Shown here: positions 57,993 through 64,000 of the stretch, piece by piece
How the letters are laid out: every line of letters starts with the position of its first letter
Numbering within the stretch: the stretch's first letter is position 1
From: an uncultured Gammaproteobacteria bacterium
GTDB lineage: Bacteria; Patescibacteriota; Microgenomatia; Levybacterales; GWA1-39-11
NCBI GenBank assembly: GCA_964452165.1
Contig: CAYVKP010000001.1
Location: 268,110-332,109 of the forward strand
Direction: 5' to 3'
Length of the DNA: 64,000 nucleotides
Position numbers and translations under genes: made by a program
The notes under the pieces: generated by a model
What the model saw: the letters and a program-made list of their open reading frames with translations, nothing else
Databases searched by the model: none
Told to the model about the DNA's origin: nothing

Positions 57993-58856
57993 ATGGAATC
58001 GATTTTATTCGGCCTGGTTGCTTATTCCGCTTGGGGATTTGCCTTCTTCTTTGAGGCAATTGCTGTAAGAAAACTAAACTATTACTCCCTAATATTCTGG
58101 GGCTTTTTCGTGAGTAGTTTGGTCTTGGGTATTTACGCTGTTAGTGTAGTAAATGATCTTTATAAGATAACTCCGGGTATTCTATTGGTAAGTCTGTTCG
58201 TTGTTTTCTGTTGGGTAGGGGGGACGATAGCCTACTACAAGGGTCTTAAAGTAGGTAACAGATCTTTGGTAGGTGCAATCTCAGCAGCTTTTCCAAGTGT
58301 CACCGTAGTTCTCTCAATACTAATCTTAAGAGAAAAGGTAAATGCAAATCAATTAGGGGCAGTAGGTCTCGTTTTATTAGGAATTATACTTTCAACCTTT
58401 GATTTGCCCGCGATTCTTAAAGGAAAAGTGAAAATTAATAATAGCGTACTTTTTGCTATCGTAGCGATGATTTGTTGGGGCGCAGCGTTTGCTTTTGTCA
58501 AAATTCCAGTACAAAAAATAGGGTGGTTTTGGCCAAACTACTTTGTCTTTCTAACATTTCCTCTCATCTATTTCTATATGTACTTGACGAAAATAAAGTT
58601 AGAACCGTTAACAAAGAATAACGCGTATATTATAGTTATTCCCTCAATAATTTTGCCAAGAATCGCTGAATTTGCCTACAACATTGGGATAAGCCGGGGG
58701 CTAGTTACTATAGTTGCTCCAATCGCGGGAGCAAACCCGACACTTTTTGTATTACTTGCGCTATTGTTTTTCAAAGACAAAATTACCAAGCAACAAATAG
58801 TAGGTATTGTTACAACCCTTGCAGGAATAGTCCTGTTAAGCCTTTTCAGTATCTAG
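57993..58856 (+). CDS. EamA/DMT family transporter
   Basis: About 10 TM helices in two repeats (LREKV.., FKDKI..QIVGI). Confidence 0.88.
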   Translation: MESILFGLVAYSAWGFAFFFEAIAVRKLNYYSLIFWGFFVSSLVLGIYAVSVVNDLYKITPGILLVSLFVVFCWVGGTIAYYKGLKVGNRSLVGAISAAFPSVTVVLSILILREKVNANQLGAVGLVLLGIILSTFDLPAILKGKVKINNSVLFAIVAMICWGAAFAFVKIPVQKIGWFWPNYFVFLTFPLIYFYMYLTKIKLEPLTKNNAYIIVIPSIILPRIAEFAYNIGISRGLVTIVAPIAGANPTLFVLLALLFFKDKITKQQIVGIVTTLAGIVLLSLFSI

Positions 58857-59908
58857 GCAAAATATAACTCGGGGTTTGCTGTCAGGTTATGCCAGCTAGT
58901 CTCCTCGGGATTTAAGAGAGCATATGCTCCAATCATAGCGGCGTTATCGGTTGAATATTTTTTTTCCGGTGATGCAACATCGATTCCTAATTCTTTTGCT
59001 CTACCTATCATAGTTTTAATAAGTGCTTGATTTGCTGATACTCCACCGCCTAATATAATTGTTTTAGCATTATGCTTTTTGGCAGCACTTAAAGTTTTTT
59101 TAACTAGAACATCAACTATGGCAAGTTGCGTGGCAAAGCAAATTTCGTTAATTAACTCTTCGGTTAATTTTGTTTTCTCAACAAAACGCGCAACTTCGGC
59201 CTTAAGACCTGAGAAAGAAAAGTCAAACTCATTAGAATTGAGTAGGGGACTTTTAAATTTTAATTTAGGATTTGATATTTTTGACGCGCGCATTTCAATC
59301 TCGGGCCCTGCGGGATAAGACAATTTGAGCAGTCTACCAATTTTATCCAGCGCCTCACCCGCAGCGTCATCACGTGTTCCTCCGAGCCATTCAAAATTGT
59401 TCAATGTTCTAAATAACAACAAATCAGTATGACCACCGGAAACTATCAATCCAACAAAAGGGAAATTTATGCTTTCATTGTCTATAAAATTAGCAAATAA
59501 ATGAGCGAGTAAATGATTGACGGGAATTACCGGTTTGCCAAATGAAAAAGATAATGTTTTGACGGTTTCAACACCAACGAGAAGTGATCCGATCAGTCCC
59601 GGCCCATAAGTCACCGCAATAGCGTCGACCTTTTCCCTCAAAGTCTTGCTTGCCATATTGAATTTTTCATTCCAGTTTTTGATGTTTACCTCCTCAGAAT
59701 CTATAAGAGACTCAACAATTACCGGTATTATAGCTTTTAACTGTTCGCGGCTAGCAAATTCGGGAATTATTCCTCCTGTTTTTGCATGCATTTGGCTTGA
59801 GGAGGCAATGGTGTTGGATAAAACGTGGACGGACTGTTCGCCCTTAATCTTTTCAACGACTGCCGCGGCAGTTTCATCGCAAGACGTTTCAATTGCAAGA
59901 ATTCTCAT
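58853..59908 (-). CDS. tsaD: tRNA N6-adenosine threonylcarbamoyltransferase
   Basis: ILAIETSCDET, GPGL, NHLLAH, SGGHT, DDAAGEALDK, TDNAAMI. Confidence 0.98.
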   Translation of the reverse strand: MRILAIETSCDETAAAVVEKIKGEQSVHVLSNTIASSSQMHAKTGGIIPEFASREQLKAIIPVIVESLIDSEEVNIKNWNEKFNMASKTLREKVDAIAVTYGPGLIGSLLVGVETVKTLSFSFGKPVIPVNHLLAHLFANFIDNESINFPFVGLIVSGGHTDLLLFRTLNNFEWLGGTRDDAAGEALDKIGRLLKLSYPAGPEIEMRASKISNPKLKFKSPLLNSNEFDFSFSGLKAEVARFVEKTKLTEELINEICFATQLAIVDVLVKKTLSAAKKHNAKTIILGGGVSANQALIKTMIGRAKELGIDVASPEKKYSTDNAAMIGAYALLNPEETSWHNLTANPELYFA

Positions 59909-59913
59909 GGAGA

Positions 59914-60387
59914 TTAAATTCCCTTGAGGTTAACGGTTGTGCCCTTTTGGATATTTAATTTTTGGGCAACCCCGGCATTGACCTCCAAAACGTAGTTTGC
60001 CGGCGCGTCGGGTCTATATATCTCTAGAGCTGAGTTTTTATTGGCTGGAGCCGGAGCATTTTTCACAACATACACTACCATATTATTATCTATATAAATT
60101 ATGTCGATAGGAAAGCGCATATCTTTCATCCAAAATGCGAATCTATCTTTATGGTCAAAAATAAAGAGCATGCCTTGGTTCTGGTTGATACTTTTTCTTC
60201 CCGAAAGACCCTTCTGTCTATCCTTCTCGTTCTTAACAACTATTAGATTTAATTTTGACTTTCCAATTTCAGCAGTTGGGTTGCCGCCAAAGTGTAGAAA
60301 TGACGGTATGCTTCCGCCGGCTTTAAAAACCGCTAGTAAAATAACTGCGATTATCAAAACTACATAAACAAGTATTAATTTTTTCAT
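59914..60387 (-). CDS. DUF192 family protein
   Basis: KGLSGR, GMLFIF, FWMKDMRFPIDIIYI, YVLEVNAG. Confidence 0.92.
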   Translation of the reverse strand: MKKLILVYVVLIIAVILLAVFKAGGSIPSFLHFGGNPTAEIGKSKLNLIVVKNEKDRQKGLSGRKSINQNQGMLFIFDHKDRFAFWMKDMRFPIDIIYIDNNMVVYVVKNAPAPANKNSALEIYRPDAPANYVLEVNAGVAQKLNIQKGTTVNLKGI

Positions 60388-60388
60388 C

Positions 60389-60865
60389 TTATAATTGTGC
60401 TAAATTTATAATCTTTGTTGTGGATTTGCTTTCGACTCTTTTCATTACCTCGATAATTTTTGCACCCGTCCTATTAACATAATCTTTCTCCCACTCAAAG
60501 ATTTTACTACCGGCACTAACTGCAATTATATCAGGTTCTAACTTTTTAACAAGTATCTCATAGTCTTCATTTTTAGTGAAATTCGGTAAGGGAAGAATGT
60601 AATCTGTAAAAGAAAAATTCGCAAGTATTGCAGCTCGGTTTTCCTGCGAGTTAACGGGTCTACCGGTTCCTTTGATTTTTTTTATTCGCTCATCGCTTTC
60701 AAGTAATATCACAAGTAGATTGCCCAGTTTTTTAGATTTTTTCAAAAATTCTATGTGAGCCGCGTGTAAAACATCAAAACAACCTCCTACAACAACCATT
60801 GTCTGGTTTTCGTTCTTGGCAGATTTCAACTTTTCTATATTCTCAATCTTGAGGATCTTACCCAT
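60389..60865 (-). CDS. Cytidylyl/adenylyltransferase family protein (RfaE-II/TagD-like)
   Basis: GGCFDVLHAAH (HxGH variant), KGTGRP, STTKII. Confidence 0.88.
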   Translation of the reverse strand: MGKILKIENIEKLKSAKNENQTMVVVGGCFDVLHAAHIEFLKKSKKLGNLLVILLESDERIKKIKGTGRPVNSQENRAAILANFSFTDYILPLPNFTKNEDYEILVKKLEPDIIAVSAGSKIFEWEKDYVNRTGAKIIEVMKRVESKSTTKIINLAQL

Positions 60866-60868
60866 TAT

Positions 60869-62281
60869 TTAAGTTTTTGTCCCGCGTAGGAAGACTGCCT
60901 GCCAGGGTTTGTAAACTGACACAAAAGTATCTTGAATTATAGTTTTTCCATCTTTTGTAACGGTTCTTGTAAAAATGGATTTAGCTCCCGGAGCGGCAAA
61001 ATCAACCTGTTTTACAACTCCGACAGGTAAGGTGGGGTCATCTTGATATGAATCAGGCGGAGCAGGAGCAATATTTGAGATTACAGGTTTTGAAATTGTA
61101 GCTTGTCTACCGTCACTCTTCCCGTAAAGCGTGAAGGTCATAGATAGATTAGTGGTGTCAGCATACCCTTGTATTAATATGTATTTACCCGTATCGTTTT
61201 TGAATTTCAAATCTACTGTTGGTACAAAAGTTGTAGCATCAAGCCCCGGAGGTTCGTCTTGTTCGTAATAGCCCACTCTATAAGCATGCGCATGCCTTTC
61301 GGTTATTGGGAGCCCGGCAGCGAGAATTGCGCGAAAAAGAGTGGTTGACACCTGACAAACTCCTCCGCCGTCTCCTAAAACTGTTTTTCCGTTTTGAATA
61401 ACATAAGCCTCTTCATATCCGGTAAATTTAGAGACATCTCCCAGAGCTTTATCAAAAGAAAATTCCTCACCTGGCGCAACCAGTACTCCATTTATTCTTG
61501 AGGTTGCCAAGGCAACGTTATGAATACGTCCCGGAATAGAATGATAAAAAGTAGAATGACCTTCGCCTATTGGTTCTACAATTCCTAAATTATTTACCTT
61601 CTCCGTTGTCACATTGGGCTCCACTTCTTTAATTGGAATATCTATCCTATGAATTCCTGGAGTTTGTTTTGGCAAGGCTGGTAAAAGTTGCAATACCCGG
61701 TCATTAAGAAGGTCGAAGTCTAGATTTTCTCCATTGCTCGATTGCCTGAAAGCAACGACTCTATTGTTCTTAACTTCAAACTGGGCGTCTACGGGGTCTT
61801 TGGCAATTTGTTTTTGAATCGGTGCAAGCTGTTTTTCAAGCTCATCGGAGTTATAATTGAGCGCACCGGTTAACAGTGTGCCATTTACATATGAGGACAA
61901 CACAATATAGGCGTCGCTTAAGATATTTTTAGTTTTTCCTAACGACAAGCTTTGAGAAGTTATTAAATCGACATCATAGCCAATACTCAGAGTTTTAGCG
62001 GAAATAGTCGAATCCATATCTTGCGCTGAAAACACGAAAGTATTTTTGCCTATTTTTTCATTCTTCTCATTGAATATTTTCTCTATCTCGCCTTTGGTTT
62101 CCCCGCCTATATATATGTTGTCCACAAAAACACCGGGAATTACGCGATCGTGATATGTGTGTTGGAAGTAAAAAAGAACGGCGCTCGCAAGAAGTGCCGC
62201 AGCCAAAATAAATCCTACAGCAAACCAGTAGATTGACTTAATAATATACGTCGCAGTGGCTTTATTAGGTAGATAGCGCAT
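60869..62281 (-). CDS. VanW family protein with putative peptidoglycan-binding domain
   Basis: N-terminal TM; RIHNV, PGEEFSF, GGGVCQVSTTLFRA, DAT, DLKFKNDT. Confidence 0.92.
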   Translation of the reverse strand: MRYLPNKATATYIIKSIYWFAVGFILAAALLASAVLFYFQHTYHDRVIPGVFVDNIYIGGETKGEIEKIFNEKNEKIGKNTFVFSAQDMDSTISAKTLSIGYDVDLITSQSLSLGKTKNILSDAYIVLSSYVNGTLLTGALNYNSDELEKQLAPIQKQIAKDPVDAQFEVKNNRVVAFRQSSNGENLDFDLLNDRVLQLLPALPKQTPGIHRIDIPIKEVEPNVTTEKVNNLGIVEPIGEGHSTFYHSIPGRIHNVALATSRINGVLVAPGEEFSFDKALGDVSKFTGYEEAYVIQNGKTVLGDGGGVCQVSTTLFRAILAAGLPITERHAHAYRVGYYEQDEPPGLDATTFVPTVDLKFKNDTGKYILIQGYADTTNLSMTFTLYGKSDGRQATISKPVISNIAPAPPDSYQDDPTLPVGVVKQVDFAAPGAKSIFTRTVTKDGKTIIQDTFVSVYKPWQAVFLRGTKT

Positions 62282-62347
62282 TTTGGTTCAATAGATTTTT
62301 TGAAGACTAAAGTATTATACTATAGATAGAAGTGAATTGAGAGCAAT

Positions 62348-63730
62348 ATGGACGAAAATTTAGATTCCGCCGCCCAAGAAGAGCCAGTTTTGGAAGAAGA
62401 TGTCCCGCCGGCATTTCCCATAAAGAAAGTAGTAAGTTTAGTCGTGGGAATTGTAGTGGTTTTGATAGTTTTATTTATAGTATTTGTGGTTGTAATTCCA
62501 AAGCTGTCTCCTAAAAAGCCTCAAGATGTAACGCTTACTTATTGGGGCCTTTGGGAGGATACCTCGCCGCTCGTTGCTCTTGCCACAGAATTTACCAAAG
62601 AAAATCCGCATATTAAAGTGAATATTGAGAAACAGGATATTAAATCGCTCGGTAAATATATTGATAGACTTAAGACCAGAATGTCTCAGGGTACAGGACC
62701 TGACGTTTTTAGATTTAGCAATAGTTGGGTACTTGAGGTCTCACCTCTTCTGTTACCTCTTCCTCAAGATGTTGTAAAATCTACAGAGCTTGACAGTAAA
62801 TTTTTCCCGGTTGTCGCACGAGACCTAAAGATAAACGGCGCCTACTATGGTGTTCCAATACACTTTGACACCCTCGCTCTTTTTGTTAACACACAAATTT
62901 TCAAAGAGAACGGAATTGATACCTATCCTTCCACATGGGAAGATCTATATCCACTCGCTCTAAAGCTTACCGTAAAAGATAGCACAGATGGAAAGATAAC
63001 CACTTCGGGTATCGCGATGGGAACATATGATAATGTTTCACACGCTCCGGATATAATATCCTTGTTAATGGCGCAAAATGGAGCCAATCCAAAAAATTTA
63101 AGCGCTTCAAGACAAGCAAGTGTCCAAGCGCTTGATTTCTACACATCTTTGGCAAAAGGAGAAACACAGGTATGGAATGCTACTATGGATAATTCTACCC
63201 TTGCTTTTGCAAAAGGGAACGTCGCGATGTACATAGGTTATTCGTGGGATATTTTCCAAATTAAAGCAGTAAATCCGGATTTGCAATTTGCTGTTTTGCC
63301 GGCACCTCGCGTAGCTGGTGGGAATGAAGCGACAATCGCAAGTTATTGGGTTGAGGGGGTATCATCCTCGACTAAATATCCTAAGGAGGCATTTGAATTT
63401 CTTAAATTCTTAACGTCTAAAAATTCAATGCAGCAACTTTACTCTCAAGAGTCAAAGGTGCGTCTATTTGGAGAACTGCCTCCCAGGAAAGACCTAGCGG
63501 ATAGCCTGTCATCGAATACATTGATATATCCCTTTGTTTCACAAGGCAAAAATGCAACGTCAACAATTTTCGCATCTGATACTCACGACGATGCCATGGT
63601 TGATGGACTCAATGCTTATCTTGGAAATGCTATAAGATCAATTATTTTGGATAACTCGTCCTCCGATACGGCACTCGATACATTAATTGCCGGTCAAAAC
63701 CAAATAATCTCAAAAAATGCAGGAAAATAA
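62348..63730 (+). CDS. ABC transporter extracellular solute-binding protein (sugar-binding type)
   Basis: N-terminal TM, LTYWG, GPDVF, YGVP..DTLALFVN, TWED, FAKGNVAM. Confidence 0.88.
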   Translation: MDENLDSAAQEEPVLEEDVPPAFPIKKVVSLVVGIVVVLIVLFIVFVVVIPKLSPKKPQDVTLTYWGLWEDTSPLVALATEFTKENPHIKVNIEKQDIKSLGKYIDRLKTRMSQGTGPDVFRFSNSWVLEVSPLLLPLPQDVVKSTELDSKFFPVVARDLKINGAYYGVPIHFDTLALFVNTQIFKENGIDTYPSTWEDLYPLALKLTVKDSTDGKITTSGIAMGTYDNVSHAPDIISLLMAQNGANPKNLSASRQASVQALDFYTSLAKGETQVWNATMDNSTLAFAKGNVAMYIGYSWDIFQIKAVNPDLQFAVLPAPRVAGGNEATIASYWVEGVSSSTKYPKEAFEFLKFLTSKNSMQQLYSQESKVRLFGELPPRKDLADSLSSNTLIYPFVSQGKNATSTIFASDTHDDAMVDGLNAYLGNAIRSIILDNSSSDTALDTLIAGQNQIISKNAGK

Positions 63731-64000
63731 GATAATTACTTCCATAATAAAGACACTATCGTATTCCGATATTTTTGATTTTCCCCTAACGCGGGAAGAA
63801 ATCTACAAATATTATATTGGTGAAAAGGTATCTCGAGGAGCAATGTCTCATGTTTTACGTGAGATGGTCAAAGCCGGTCAAATAAGTAAAGAAAATAATC
63901 TCTATTTTCTAAACGGACGGCAGAAATTGTGCAAGATAAGAAAAAATCGAAAAACAGAAAGCGTTCCTAAAATGGTCTTGGCTTTAAAAACCATAGATAT
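63717..64000 (+). CDS. Partial CDS running off the window end (CPR-type conserved protein)
   Basis: Manual translation MQENKIITSIIKTLSYSDIFDFPLTREEIYKY..., open to the end of the window; overlaps the previous stop. Confidence 0.65.
   Translation, partial: MQENKIITSIIKTLSYSDIFDFPLTREEIYKYYIGEKVSRGAMSHVLREMVKAGQISKENNLYFLNGRQKLCKIRKNRKTESVPKMVLALKTID

Noticed and set aside
1-64000. Alternative genetic code (TGA recoded, as in Gracilibacteria/Absconditabacteria), introns or inteins
   Set aside because: Conserved genes are full length under code 11, TGA ends recA and map, and I saw no intein-sized insertions in RpoB, RpoC, RecA, TopA or the helicase.

Overview
Core-genome window of a low-GC bacterium using the standard genetic code (TGA is a stop). 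It is almost certainly Patescibacteria/CPR and probably Microgenomates-like (inference from the missing rpmD/uL30, N-terminally shortened uL2, rplQ joined directly to rplM-rpsI, and several protein types typical of CPR). It holds the 3' end of mltG, rpoB-rpoC, a str operon broken by inserted genes (rpsL-rpsG // fusA // tuf-rpsJ //), the S10-spc-alpha cluster, recA-recX, tRNA-Pro(GGG), a glycerate kinase / split transketolase / FAD-oxidase operon, RNase Y, HU, RNase P RNA, a UvrD-nuclease fusion, rmuC, topA, tsaD and envelope genes. I saw no CRISPR array, transposase, integrase or prophage. Main observations beyond routine annotation: (1) a promoter-driven, self-closing ~106-nt structured RNA just upstream of rny (mini-6S or leader candidate); (2) an atypical RNase P RNA that appears to lack P12-P14; (3) many genes with a -10 box 6-7 nt before the start codon (leaderless), while major translation genes have hairpin + U-tract leaders, including a candidate new r-protein attenuator before rplC; (4) a divergent tandem dCTP-deaminase/dUTPase-fold protein inside the str operon; (5) a two-repeat orphan gene split by a -1 frameshift; (6) rpmJ moved between rplX and rplE; (7) a heavily substituted rifampicin pocket in RpoB. 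All calls come from reading the sequence by eye; no searches were run.
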